64,000 nucleotides of DNA from Balanoglossus misakiensis (taxonomy: Eukaryota; Animalia; Hemichordata), in assembly GCA_040954595.2 (NCBI GenBank), contig CM082590.2, forward strand, positions 5,890,001 through 5,954,000, written 5' to 3'. The stretch's first letter is position 1. Every line of letters starts with the position of its first letter. The position numbers and the translations under genes were made by a program. Of the stretch, positions 1 to 13,552 are shown piece after piece. The notes under the pieces were generated by a model that saw nothing but the letters and a program-made list of their open reading frames with translations, searched no databases and was not told the origin of the DNA.

Positions 1-903
1 GCGGACTTCCGGCGTCTTTGCCGCCCAGGGTAATCTCCACCGTTGTCGTGTACTTGGAACATTTCCTGGTGGCTCCGGGAGACGTGGATCCCAACGACTG
101 TCGGCTGCCGGTTGGCGGCAAACCACTGCGGCTCTGACCGTTCCCGGACCGCGGTCCTCCGTTCTCGCTGCAGGTTTTCTTGGCGGCCATCTTGGAGTGC
201 CTCCGGGCGCGGTCCTCGGCCGGACTGGCGACTTCGCCGTCCTTCTTGCCGGCCGAGGGACCGACCTGGAACATGGCGCTCTCCGCCGACCTGTTGCCGG
301 TTCTCTGTGCACACACCACGCTTCCATTGTGGTTGATCTCCGCATCGTTCGTGTCGCGGCGAATCTCATTATCGGTCGGGCACTTTGGCGCCCTCTGAAC
401 CTCGTTGCCAGTTCCACATTTGACCCTCTCCGCACACTCTGTGTCATCATCATCATCATCAGACTCGTCCGCATACTTGAAATTCAATTTCTTCTCCCAA
501 TCCGTCTTCTCCGACCGACAGTCATCATTCCCGTCCTCCTCCTCCTCCTCCTCCTCCTCCTCATACGTCAACTCCCACTCTTTCATTCCGTTCTCCTCGT
601 GGTCACAGCACATCAATCTCCACTCCTTCTCCCCAAATTTTTCCATGGTGTACTTGTCGTTCACACAGTCGTCAACAACGTGCGTTTGTTCCTGTCGTCG
701 AAACTGCCTCGCTAGATGTTCATTGTAGTCCACGATGGACGAAAACTCTTCCCCGAACAGTTCCTTTGGCGATTTCATACACAGGTTCTCATCCAAAAGT
801 TTATTATTATTCTCTTGATTGGCTGCAGATCTGCTGCTATCTATATCTACAGAATCATCTAACACTGGTCTTGCTCTGTCTTCCATTCTGAAGTAACTTA
901 CAT
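1..903 (-). CDS. Large exon of an unidentified gene; acidic/low-complexity, probably disordered region; open off the window edge
   Basis: Pyrimidine-rich acceptor (tttctttcgttgttttgacag) puts the exon start at 903. The frame is open from ATG at 886 to base 1: MEDRARPVLDDSVDIDSS...ELTYEEEEEEEEEDGNDD...KYTTTVEITLGGKDAGSP (~295 codons, no stop). GC-rich relative to flanks. Absent from the ORF track because no stop is reached. No domain recognised. Confidence 0.75.
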
Positions 904-1520
904 CTGTCAAAACAACGAAAGAAAAATAAGGACCATCAGTGTACACGTCCATGCTGTGATGGATAATACATGATGACATACAAGTTGACATTGGCATTGA
1001 AAGGGTTAAAGGGACAAAGTCTCTTTCTCACTGCATTTTTTCCAGTAATTATGTTTGATACAAGACACCGTTTATCTTATTCTACATGTGGACATACAGT
1101 GAATCAACGTTCAACATCACACAACTTCCATCCGGTTTGTAGGATATGAGAGTAAAAATCCTGCCAAAATGAATTAATGGTAAAGGTCGATTAATTATTT
1201 CGGCGAGTTTTTCACTCTTAAGTCTACAAGTCTACAATCTGATCTGAGAGGCTTCAAAACCGTCTTAATAGTGTGTGTGTGACACCCATAAGACGTGAGA
1301 CCTTTAAAAAAAAAACGGAGACAATGGGACGCCAATAGAAGAGGATAGCTTGTTTGAATGCCACAATACAAGTGACAACGGCTATTGACGCGAACACAAC
1401 CCGAGTTACGCAACAACGTTTGGTGACAATAACGAAGACAGCAAGCTCTCCGGTTTGTACAAAAACACAAATCAATAAAATCTACCCTGGCGAGTTTAGC
1501 CTTGGAGCAAGTCAGTTTCG

Positions 1521-1862
1521 TTAAAGGGACTAAGTCTCTCTCTATAGCTGTGCTTTTTCCATGAATTATGTTTAATACAAGACACCGTTTTTGTTATTCT
1601 ATCTACATGTGGATATATAGTGAATCAACGTTCAACCACACACAACTTCCATCCCGTTTGTAGGATATGAGAATAGAATCTCGCCCAAAATTCATTTTGG
1701 CGAGTTAATCACTCTCATATCATACAAGCGGGATGGAAGTTGTGTGTGGTTGAACGTTGATTCACTACATATCCACATGTAGAATAATAATTAATATAAA
1801 CAGTGTCTTGTATCAAACATAATTAATGGAAAAAGGGTGTGAGAGAGACTTTGTCCCTTTAA
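1521..1862. mobile_element. MITE family A (Kolobok-like, ~340 bp, long TIRs, TTAA TSD); type copy of roughly 30 full or partial copies
   Basis: TTAA|AGGGACAAAGTCTCTCTC...GAGAGAGACTTTGTCCCT|TTAA with near-palindromic arms. TTAA TSD with 5'-RR...YY-3' ends is the Kolobok signature. Partial copies at ~1006, 4350, 17990, 18642, 23282, 25470, 30464, 31748, 45480 and 63907. Confidence 0.85.
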
Positions 1863-2228
1863 TGCAAAACATGCAAATTCATTGATAATTCTAATTTGCA
1901 ATTCTCCTAAATATTGCCTAGAGACAGACAGAGGAACGAAAGTGAAAGAGAAATTTAATAAGTTTCTTTTACAAATATTTGATATTGAAGATGTCCTTCT
2001 TGTACAAATTGCGTATGTGCGATACCTTGACCAGCTGCTACATGTAGTTCCTTTCATTTACTTGTTACAATACATTGTACAATCAAAATAACTGACATGT
2101 AATGATACATTAACCCTTTCACCACTATGGTTCAGTCATTTTTTTTTAATGGGAAGGCAAGAATTTTTTTTTTTTTTTTTTGAGGGGGGGGGGGGGGGGG
2201 GGGGGGGGGTCCATTCTGTGACAACATT

Positions 2229-2532
2229 TTAACCCTAACGCTGCCAAATCAATTGAAACAGGTTTGATTTCCAGGGTGCCTAGAATCCTGGCTCCCAGAC
2301 TGCCAAGTGTGTGTTATTCAGTAGGTTCTATACAAGACCCTCAGACCAATACAGTGCAAACCAGTGTGATTTGGTCCATTTTATGGGGGGCTCAGACTGC
2401 CAAGTGTGTCTAAGTACATATGAGAGCCATGTCAAGACAGTCAAAATACGTTTAAGAAGAAAAAGTGGCAAATACGTATTTTAGGGACTTGACACTTTAA
2501 ACAGGTATGACACCCAGTAGCATTAGGGTTAA
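2229..2532. mobile_element. piggyBac-like MITE (CCC...GGG, TTAA); also ~7221-7525, 19125-19437, 27437-27692 and 50345-50627
   Basis: TTAA ccctaacgctgcc...cagtagcattaggg TTAA. CCC/GGG termini with TTAA TSD are the piggyBac signature. Confidence 0.8.
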
Positions 2533-3491
2533 CCCTTTTACCACTAGGGTCTAGTCTAAATCCATTTTTTTTTCTATGGGAAGGATGTACCTCAGAATAT
2601 TTTATTCATTTTTTTTTTTTTAAATTATTATTATTATTATTTTTTTTTTTGGGGGGGGGGGGGTGAGTGACAACATTTTCGGGCACTGATCCAACTCACC
2701 ATAGGAAAAAAATGGACTGAACCATGGGGTGGAACAAGGGCTAAGGCCTATATAGACAATAGACACATGTACTTGCACATGTATGCATGCCTAAACATTG
2801 AGCCAGCATTACACAACAATTGACAACAATAGGTTACGAGTGGTCTTGGCGATAACAACTGCAGCCACAACATTTCTGATGCTACATGTAACAATGACAT
2901 CTGTGCAGAAAGACAACACAACAGGATTTTTCCACTTAGGCCAAAATAAAAAAATATGTGCTGTTCCGATAACCCGACCTACCCTAATTTTCACCCGCCG
3001 ACCCCAAAAATTTTAAGGTCTTCTTAAACCCAGTAGTAAAAATAACAATGTCAAATATAAAAAAAATTATGACAATTGCGAGAATCACGCAAGATCTGTG
3101 ACATTCTTCTACACTACGGCGGCCAAAGATACAAAAAAAAAATTGCAAAATAAAGAGAAGTCCGTAACTACCCTATTTTCAGAAACCATGTAATCAGAAC
3201 AGCACATATTATTTTTTTAGCTGATTTTATAGTGAGATCTCATGAGACTTGGTAGATTACCATAGCAACAGGTTGCTAGCCTAGTAATACAAATCAAGTT
3301 TTGCATGAAACTAAAACATGGGTTAACACTGTTCATCCAAAGAATTTCTGAAAGTATGAACTAATTTGCATAATAATAGAAGCAATTGCTATGATAATGT
3401 GTCACTGTTGTTTTCTTCAAATTAAAAAATATCACTGGATAAACAGGGTTTTGTGGATTTCAGAAAATGGTCTACTATTCAACTTTTGAAT

Positions 3492-3831
3492 TTAAAGCCT
3501 CCAGAGCTGCCACTATTTGCATTATTTTCATGATTTTATTTTTCCAACTTAAATTGGTCCATATAAATAAGCTTACTGATAGGTATACATGAACACCTTA
3601 TCGATGCCCGATTGTGACTGTATGTTGCAATTTGAACACAATATTAAATGGGTGCCGCACCAATTTATCAGCCTCCATACAAACAGTACACAGCTATCGT
3701 GGTGTGTGTCGCCAAGAGATGACAGACTGATGCAAATAATATGGCTTAATGGTGAGGATTTTAGGGGAAGTGAATTTGAAGTATTATTGTGGGAAAAAAT
3801 ATGTGAAATTTGGCAGCTCTAGAGGATTTAA
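3492..3831. mobile_element. Kolobok-like MITE family E (AGCCTCYAGAGCTGCC TIR); also 39824-40179, partial at ~56454 and 16150-16502
   Basis: TTAA-flanked inverted termini; shared body. Confidence 0.75.
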
Positions 3832-4089
3832 ATTTCATGACAGGAATATTTCTGCAACCAGCAGATTTGTTTGCATTGTGGCCGGTCCTACCCTCTCAAA
3901 TCAGCTATTTTCCACCCGACTTGCACAACACAAAGTGAGCTGAGTTCAAAGGTCAAATTCCGAGGAATCTCGTCCCTTCATAACTGTGGCATACCACTGC
4001 ACTACCTGTGTCTGGTCTGACCATGATGTCAACACTCAGGAATTCATTTTTCAACAAGGGGCCCTTGTTCACACTCAACATGGCTAGGT

Positions 4090-4286
4090 TACTGTAAAAC
4101 ACTCTATTTTCGCGAGCAATAAATTTTCGCCTAATACGCGAGAGCCAATATAGCGTGAAAATAAAAAGTCGCGTAATTTTTTTGTTGAAGATAACGATGC
4201 AGTGAATGAAATAAGAAAACGCAAAAATTAATTCATGCGAAACAGTGGCCTCACTCGATATCATGAAAATAAAGTGTTTTACAGTA
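4090..4286. mobile_element. TA-flanked MITE (CTGTAAAAC...GTTTTACAG); also ~16585-16796, 46434-46627 and 55212-55392
   Basis: Inverted termini with internal ttttcgcga/tcgcgaaaa motifs. Confidence 0.65.
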
Positions 4287-4830
4287 TTATGACCTGTCTT
4301 CACCTAGCATATCCAGGTCACTGAATGTGAAAATTTTTAGTTTTGCTACCAGTACACTTCCATCCCACTTGTAGACATGAGAGTGAAAAAACTCACCAAA
4401 ATGAATAATCGGTCTCTACCATTTATTCATTTTGGGCGAGTTTTCACTCTCATATAATATAAGTGGGATGGAAGTTGTGTGTGGTTGAACTTTCATTCCC
4501 TACATATACACATGTACATCAACATAAATGGTGTCTTGTATCAAACATAAATTAATGGAAAAAGGGGCAGCGAGAGAGAGACTTTGTCCCTTTAATCCTG
4601 TTGGCTGAAATACATCAGTGCAATTTACTAAGTACAAGTTGGCACCTATACACTGCAGAGTAGAATTTTCTTTCATGCACTACCACCAGTAGAACTACAA
4701 GTCCATCAAAAGATAACAATACTCTAATGGGTATACGTAATTTGGCCAGGTAGCTGCTACCGAAATCTGCCACCCACTGAATTAAAGGCTCCCAACCACT
4801 ACAAGACACTCAATGCATAACACCGGGACA

Positions 4831-5244
4831 TTAGGATGTACGCGCAGAACATAAACCGGAAAACTGCACGCACCCGTCTTTTCCCATAGGATTACATTGA
4901 AAATTGCTAGAAAACAAACTTCTACTATTGTCATTTTCACGAAATTTTACACGTAGCTCAGTCCAGCAAATATAAATTCATTGGTCAAATAAAATATAGG
5001 GGTCACCGTGCTCTATTTTGAGATAAATTGCGTCAAAAATTTTGCCCATAGACAAACCATTGGTGAAAAATGCTGAGTCAGCAGTTTTCTTCTATTATCG
5101 ACCAAATTCAAGGCTCTGTATTTCAAAAACAAGCGCGGTGACCCCTATATTTTATTACGGATTTTCATTATACATACAAAGGAGAATCCAAAAATCCACA
5201 ATTAAAAAAAATGACTTTCAATTTTACTGAACGTACATCCTTAA
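4831..5244. mobile_element. Kolobok-like MITE family C (GGATGTAC...GTACATCC); also ~12150-12488, 36138-36544 (reverse) and 57526-57920
   Basis: Shared ~410-bp body with short TIR and TTAA flanks. Confidence 0.75.
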
Positions 5245-6373
5245 CACACACATCTACAGAGATCTTGAAGACCTTTGATATTCATAAAAGACCACAACAT
5301 CCTTCTTGGCATTTACAAAGTATACCCTTGTGGTCAATCAGGGATTAGCTGACAATGGACCATTTTTTACACAACAGTGTACAATTCAGTCTATGAAACT
5401 TTTTATCATCCTATCATTGTGTTGTACACAGACTTGTGTCAATAACCTCTAAACGTTTGATCGGACAGAACATGTTGGCTACACTTCACATTGTATAATC
5501 TCTTGACTACTAATAGTAGTACTAACCATGTTATTATAGTACAGGTAATGTGTGCTCTCTATTTTATAATATACCAGGTTCACACACAGAAAAAATTGAG
5601 ACACTATTTGCCTATGATGAACACAGAGCATTAATCCTTAGAGTCGCCTAGTGTCCACACTCACAAAGTTTATGTATAGGCGCGGAGGCTCGGCCCCATA
5701 GACAATGGGTTGCGGAGAGGTGTTAATCCTTACACTGGCTCAGGTCTGGCTGGCAGAGCTGTCTCTGATCTGAGACGTTTCAGAGACACTATTTGCCTAT
5801 GGTAAACACAGAGCATTAATCGTTTGAGTCGCGTTGTGTCCACACACACAAAGTTTATGTATAGGCGCTGAGGCTCGGCCCCATAGACAATAGGTTGCGG
5901 AGGGATGTTAATCCTTACACCGACTCAGGTCTGGCTGGAAAAGCCATCTCAAATCTGAGACGTTTCAGGACCACTATACACAGTCCACACGTGTTTCTTT
6001 AAGACGGTATCTGATCTGAGACGCTTCAGAACCGTCTTAATGGTGTGTGTGTGTGACCCCTATAATAGACATGTACTTGTAACTGAAAATATCAATTTGG
6101 AAGGACAGGGATTTAACAATTGACATCCAGAGCTTCATGCAGGATGATACAGTCAAACCTGTCTATAGTGGCCAGTCAAGGGACTTTCCTAAACTGTGCA
6201 GAATTCAAGATATATTTCCAATGTCTAAACCAACCTTTTTTCATGGGAAGTTTTGTAACTTCCTGTGTTTTTACACTTCCTATTTCATTTATTCAACCAG
6301 GTTTACAATATACAACATCCTGTCAAATCAACAGGAACTGTCATATCGATAATGTCTAAATTATTTCATAATT

Positions 6374-6846
6374 TTAAAGGGACAAAATCTCTTCCTCACT
6401 GCCCCTTTTCAATTAATTATGTTTGATACAAGACACCGTTTATGTTATTCTACATGTGGATATATAGTTAATCAACGTTCGACCACACACAACTTCCATC
6501 CTGTTTGTAGGATATGAGAGCAAAAATCTCGCCAAAATTAATAAATGGTAAAGACCAAATATTTCATTTTTCACTCTTGTGTCTACAAAAGGGATGGAAG
6601 CTGTGTGTGGTTGAATGTTGATTCACTATATATCCACACGTAGAATAACATAAACGGTGTCTTGTATCAAACATAATTAATGGAAAAAGGGCAGCGAGAG
6701 AGAGAGATTTTGTCCTGTCAGGTGTGTGTGGTCGAACCTTGATTCACTATATATCCACATTCAGAATAACAATTACATAAATGGTGTCTTGTATCAAACA
6801 TAATTAATGGAAAAAGGGCAGCAAGAGAGAGACTTTGTCCCTGTAA
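6374..6846. mobile_element. MITE family A with duplicated right arm
   Basis: Family A termini; the right-arm segment occurs twice. Confidence 0.8.
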
Positions 6847-8948
6847 CAGGCTGAGGCAAATTTCTAATTATAAGCTACCTTCCTGAAATTTATTTACACA
6901 ATGTACACTAAACACCAACAGTGTTCTGACAACAGAAGTCTAAAGAGGTGTCAATGTATACATGTACACAAACAGCCGTTCATATCTGTTACTATATCTA
7001 CTGTTCATGTTTGCTATAGAGAAATAACCTATGCAGCCAACAAATTTGCTGTACATTTCCTTATAAATTATCAGATATTAACACTGGCTGGGAAATCTAG
7101 TTTAGAGCCAGGGTAATATCACGTTATACATGTACAGTTGTTTATCAACTTAAAATTTAAATAATAAAAAGTTAAAGGTCCACTATTTGTAAATTGCATT
7201 GGTTTTTTCCAGTATTTTTTACCCTAATGCTGCCAAGTTGGTTGAAACTGGTTTGATTTCCAGGGTGCCTAGAATCCTGGCTCCCAGGCCTGTTAGACTG
7301 CCAAGTGTGTGTTATTCAGTAGGGCCTATACAAGACCCTCAGACCAATACAGCGCAAACCAGTACAATTTGGTACATTTTACAGGGGGCTCAGATTGCCA
7401 TGTGTGTCTAAGTACGTATGAGAGCCATGTCAAGACAGTCAAAATATGTTTTAGAAGAAAAAGTGGCAAATGCGTATTTTAAGGGACTTGACACTCTAAA
7501 CAGGTATGACACCCAGTAGCATTACAGGAAACAGTCAGCTGACCCCTGAAATCTCAACTGGATGTTTGACCAGGGGTAGGTACCATCATGTCTTTTGTTT
7601 TAAATTTGGAAAAAATCCAAGTCAAACAAAGCATTTAAATTCAAAATCTTACGGCGCTGCGTCGGTTATGAGCATGGATACATGACTCGAGAAACCATTC
7701 TCAGGTCCAGGGTTAGAAAAATTGTAAAATTTACGAAAACACGGTTACTGTGACGAAAACAATGTCTGTAATGTATGTAGTTTATGTTATACAAAGTTTA
7801 CAAATTATTTTGTCTAGAAATCGAAGATACCGTCGATTGATATCAATTTCTGAAGACAGTTTGAATGTTGCAATGATTGCTCAGGCATTTAAAAAGACCC
7901 TTTCGAGTTTCAAGTCTAAACATGACTGGTGCCAAAGCCCACATAAATTATACACAAGGTGAAAATCGCCTAATCTACAATCTGGAAAATATTGTTCAGA
8001 CTTTTTGGATGAAACACGGACTGGTTTGTTAAAAAGCGCCCAATGTAGGCGTACTGTACACAGCTAATTACTATATCCAATGGATTTCAACGAAACACGA
8101 CCGTTTCCGCCGAAGAAATATAGACAGAGAATGCCATTGACATGATGATTCATTCAGCATACGATGACATCATCGGCTAGCCTCAAAATAAACCGACTAT
8201 TTTTCCAGTCCACCTCGGGCGGTTTTAACATCAGCTGACGCTAAAACCACTCGATGGATTGCTCCAAGTTTTCCAGAAAATGACGCCAGTGAACGAACGA
8301 TAACTGCAGTTAGATTTACTGGGGTGACATTGTTGTATGCACATGAAAAATAATGGAAAACTCGATATGGAAATGAGTCTGGCCTGGCGACACCCAAAAT
8401 CTACATACATACATGTACACTGTACGCGTTTTCCATGTAACCAGATTGCTGTGCATTGTGTATCGTTCATCGGCTTTTTCAGGTAATCTGACGTACAATT
8501 TGAGACATGAGGGAGAAAAGTAAAAATCTGGCACACCCAGAGTGTTGTCACCCAAACCTTGGACTCGTGTTTCAAATAAAATACAGACACTAACATGGGT
8601 AGCCATTAAAACCGGCATCGTTGTAACTTGTAAATCATATGTGCAAGAAAAGTGGGTGGTAAGATCGCGTTGTAGCCGCGGAATTTCACGATTATTTCGG
8701 TCGATTTCGAGTAATTTTAGCAGATGTTAGTTTTAAATGGTTTGTTACTTTGTAAGTAAAGCCACAGCCTCGTTAGATGACAACAATGGAACCACTGGAA
8801 TTTCAGCCGGTACGTACACGATCAACTGTCAAACTTTGAATACATAATGCAAGTCGGAGCTTAAAAAGACGATTTAGACCGCGCGAATGGCATTAACACG
8901 ATATAAATATACATCAAGAATCGCTACGACAAGGAATTCTGTACTCAC

Positions 8949-9054
8949 AGTTGTTGGACCACGAACTGGATGAAACACGAAGTCGAAATTCCTCAGGACG
9001 ATGTACTTCCTTTGGAGCATAATGACCAGGGTGACCTTTGACCCATGCCGTCAT
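8949..9054 (-). other. Candidate upstream exon (coding or 5' UTR) of the left-edge gene
   Basis: Strong donor GTGAGT at 8948. The frame MTAWVKGHPG...SWSNN ends in phase 1, compatible with the exon at 903 (T+AT=Tyr). A GC-box-like gggcgtgg lies at ~9103. No homology support. Confidence 0.3.
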
Positions 9055-10756
9055 TTCCGAACATGACCGAAAATGGACGAAGGTATTCATCGGCTGCAAA
9101 GTGGGCGTGGCCCTTAGCAGCCGAACAGCGCGGCCGCACCTATAGCGACCCAGGAATGACCCCAAGCAGAAAAGTGTGTCTAAAAACAGACTTATGTTTT
9201 TCTCAGTATTAAAGGTGACATGTACTTTGAAAGTTACACGTTTCAATTATTCCATCCTGTAAGAACTGAGATTTGCAATTCAGTCATGTGGACATCGTTG
9301 GGTTGTAGTACAATTTACATTCTTAAAAATCTGTTTTGGTTTGTAGATCAGTCCCTCGGAGCAAGGTCAAGGTCCCTCGGAGCAAGGTCAAGGTGTCGGT
9401 TGTTTTACCTTGACCAGATTTACATCGATCTGCATGCCTATTTGTTTATTAATATATTATTTACCTAACCCCAACGGCCCAAAACAAGATAGATCTATAA
9501 ATCAGTGTCTCTCTCACCTTCTCTCTCTCTCTCTCTCTCTCTCCCTCTCAATCTCTCCTCTCTCAATCTCTCTCCACCTCAACACACACACAGTATATAT
9601 TCAAATTATCGCTATTCACTGGGTCCTCAATATTACATCAAATGGGTTTACTCTGTACATACACTTGAAGACCATATACGTCTACATAGAAAAGCATCAA
9701 GTAGCTATTTGCCAGCATACCACCACATTCTCACAAAAATCTACCTTGAATATAGTAGCATATCGCTCCCAGTTTACATTGAGTTTAGGGCAGTATTTAA
9801 AAAACAAAAATTAGGGCAAAGGTGTAAAGGATAGGAATTTGTGGAGAGAGGGTGGGGTCCTTTTTTGTAAACTCATGTTTTCGTTTTTTAACATGTAGAA
9901 CCATGTTGCTGACAATTAATTTGCCTGTATGATCATAAAGAAGTATAATTCTGGGACCGTTGGAGAAATGAGCGCCCTCAAAGGTAATAAACTGGGAGGA
10001 TTTTCTTTTCTAAGGTTTTAATTATGTATAAACTGTGTTTTCTTGTGCATTGATATCTCTATTGCTTATTTTCTATGGACTGTTATAAAAATAAAATATT
10101 CACAATGGCTTTACAAGCCATGTAAATGCTTTATATTTGACCTCCGAACATTACAATATGAATGAATATGATAGCAAATATTTACTGGTATATCAAAGTA
10201 TTAACAAGTATACCAGTATAGTACTGATTAATTACAGAAATGATTTCTATGCAATGCAATTATGTTTATTTCTCAGGTCCTTGGTGTGTGAGATTATATT
10301 TCTCACACGGCCACAAATTAGCCAAATCCGTTAAAAAAACATTGAATAAATGACTCTGGAACTGTCGTCCGAGCGCATTGTAGTCTCTCTCCCTATAATA
10401 CACATCGCGCCATAGGATAACATTTAGTGCGCGTTTGCAAAAGAACGCTTTGTCAACCAATCAGCGCTTGCGTCATACAGCTTTCGATTCAGTGAGAGTG
10501 TGGGATTGATTTGTTCTCACACTCTGATCCCACACTCTCAGCGTGCCAGGAGTGTGATAAATGAAAATGTGTTTAGTATAGACAGGTTGTCAAATTAGAC
10601 AGGGTTGGGTTCAGACAGATTTTACTGTAGTTGAATAACAGGATCTCCAACACACAGCAGACACGCAAGTTTAGCAACAAAATTCATCTGTATTTATTTC
10701 CCAAAAATGTCACAATCAAACCAAATTTTACTTTTCTACGTGTACTTGGTGTCAAC

Positions 10757-10999
10757 TTAAAGGGAAGGGGTCATCGCGCCGCGTGGGTGTCCCCCTTGAT
10801 GAGAATATGTCCTCCCATACTAGCACAAACCTCACTGCAGTCGCCACGACCTACTAGGATCTTCAGTTGCTGTCATGCCGAGTCTATGTTACAATTGGCT
10901 GCTTCGATCATTCTAAGAATGATCTTATTTGAGGGATTTGTTGATGAATTGCAGTATTTGTAAACAAACAAACGTGGCGCGATGACCCCTTCACTTTAA
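10757..10999. mobile_element. Monomeric AGGGAAGGGGTC Kolobok-like MITE (another copy at 20793-20987)
   Basis: TTAA agggaaggggtcatcgcgcc...ggcgcgatgaccccttcact TTAA. Confidence 0.8.
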
Positions 11000-11880
11000 G
11001 ACATACACATCAATCAGCTCTGAATTTGACAATAGGTTTTTACTTCATGCTAGGGAGTCAAATCAAATTATAATTGCATTGTGGGTAAAAAGGTCAAAAA
11101 CTCAATGTAGTAAAATCCTGAAGAAATTATATTTCACTCGGTATCATTAATTTATCTCTGTATGTCTTTTACACTGTACACAGAATTTGTTCAACTTCAT
11201 TCATTTTTTAAATGTTGTATGACATTTCAGTATGAAATGGATTATGCTTATTTAACATCTAAATTCCCATTCCTTAAACATGGCAATAATCGGCCATCTT
11301 GAAATTCTGTCGATCACAAGATTTTTATCATGCGCCTAGGTAGCACAAACCTATTTAAGGTTGTGAGAATTTAGAAAGCTTACTTTGCCGTTAGCAAAAC
11401 AATTTATTTGAAGTCATCACACAAAATCATTTGCACTCAATAATCAGAAAATAACAGATACAAAATTGTGCAGTTACTACATTTGATTCAATTTATTTTT
11501 TTCCTTGAATTAAAATGATAGCTTTATAAGTGGTGACACTCTGACAAAACGTTTCAGAGAAATTTTGTACAAATATTTAGCGATTTCTAAAACTGTTGTC
11601 TGAGCTGTTCATTATTGCTTCAATGAGTAGTGGTTGTAGCCATCAATTTTTAGTATCTATAGTAACACCTTTGACAGAAACAACATTGGTCACATTCGTT
11701 TCCTAGCAACCATCAGTGCAGTACACTGGTTTTTAAATTTCAGGCAATCATCAACTGATGCAAAATACAGACAAGATTTGCTGCTATTAATTTGGAAAAA
11801 AAGACAATAAAACTAAAAGAAAATAAGGAAAATAAATATCTGTAAGAAAACAGACAGGTCTATTTCATGATGGCTGCTTC

Positions 11881-13475
11881 TCATAGCTCTTCGTGAGTGG
11901 AAGATTTCAAGTTGAGCATAAAGTCTTTAAAATCACTTTCACTTCGGCTTCCAGAATACTCTTTGCTGAATTTGCCGTTTGAGAACAGCTTGATTGTTGG
12001 GTATCCCCTCACTTCATTGGCTGTACAGATATCTGTGAACACGAAAAAACAAACAAACATTACAAAATGTAAAAGTGGCTGAAAATCCCTTTATGAAATG
12101 TTCTTCATAGATTGAACACAGAAATTGGCGGCCATTTTGAATTTCAAATTCGACACTTCTACTATTGTCATTTTCACGAAATTTTACACATAGCTCAGTC
12201 CAGCAAATACAAATTCATTGGTCGAATAAAATATTTGGGTCACCACGCTCTATTTTGAGATAAATTGCAAAAAAAATTTGCCCATAGACAAACCATTGGT
12301 GAAAGATGCTGAGTCAGCAGTTTTCTTCAATTATCGACTAAATTCATGGCTCTGTATCTCAAAAACAAGCGCGGTGACCCCAATATTTTATAGCAGATTT
12401 TCATTATTCATATATAGGAGAATCTAAAATCAACAATTAAAAGAATTGACAATACTAAAAATCAATTTTACTGAACCTACATCCTTAAAGGGACAAAGTC
12501 TCTCTCTTGCTGCTCTTTTTCCGTTAACTATTTTTGATACAAGACAGCGTTTATGGTTAGGTACATGTGGATATAGAGTGAATCAACGTTCAACCACACA
12601 CACCTTCCATCCCACTTGTAGACACGAGATTAAAAAAACTCACCAAAATATCAGTCTCTACTGTTGATTCACTACATATTTACATGTAGAATAATATAAA
12701 CAGTGTCTTGTATCAAACATAATTAATGGAAAAAGGGCAGTGAGAGAGAGACTTTGTCCCTTTAAAACTAGTGTAGAACCAACTGCATTTGTCCCTTTAA
12801 ATAATGTAAAGGGTCTTTGAGAACTCACCAGTACTGACTGTACAATCCACAGCTGCCAGATATCTGCTGTTGTCATCCGCCAACGTGTCAGCAGCTGCTT
12901 GGTAGCTGGGTTTCGCCGCTTTGCAGTGTCCACACCAGGGTGCATAGAACATGACGAGGACGTGCTCCTTGCTCCGTATGAAGCTGTCAAAGGTCTCTGA
13001 CGACAAGTGGTTGACGGCACTGGGGGTGTCGCTCCATTGGGGTTCCGGTGGAGGAGTTGGCGCTGGTTTGGGACTGCCGGGGGGGTAAACAACATGTCAT
13101 CAATACACCCATTGCGAATTCGGTGGCTCAATTCTCCCTACCTTAAATAGAAATTTCCTACCTAGGTGAGTGATAAAAATCTCATATAGGCGACACAATT
13201 TCAAGATGGCCGATTTTTGCCATGTTTAAGAAATGGGAGTTCATAAGCTAAAGTGAAAAAAGTAGTTTGAAATGCATCAGAATGTATTTATATGATAGAA
13301 ACAAACAAACAAACAACGTACATACATACATACATACATACATACATACATACATACATACATACATACATACATACATACATACACACATACATACATA
13401 CATACATACATACACACACACATACATACATGCATACATACATACATATACACATACATACATACAGACATACAT

Positions 13476-13552
<77 letters not shown>

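Noticed and set aside
43-728. Four plus-strand ORFs
   Set aside because: Antisense shadows of the minus-strand exon, which has the acceptor and the longer open frame.
7600-8900. Possible decayed autonomous transposon or coding region
   Set aside because: No sustained ORF, DDE/recombinase motif or termini recognised.
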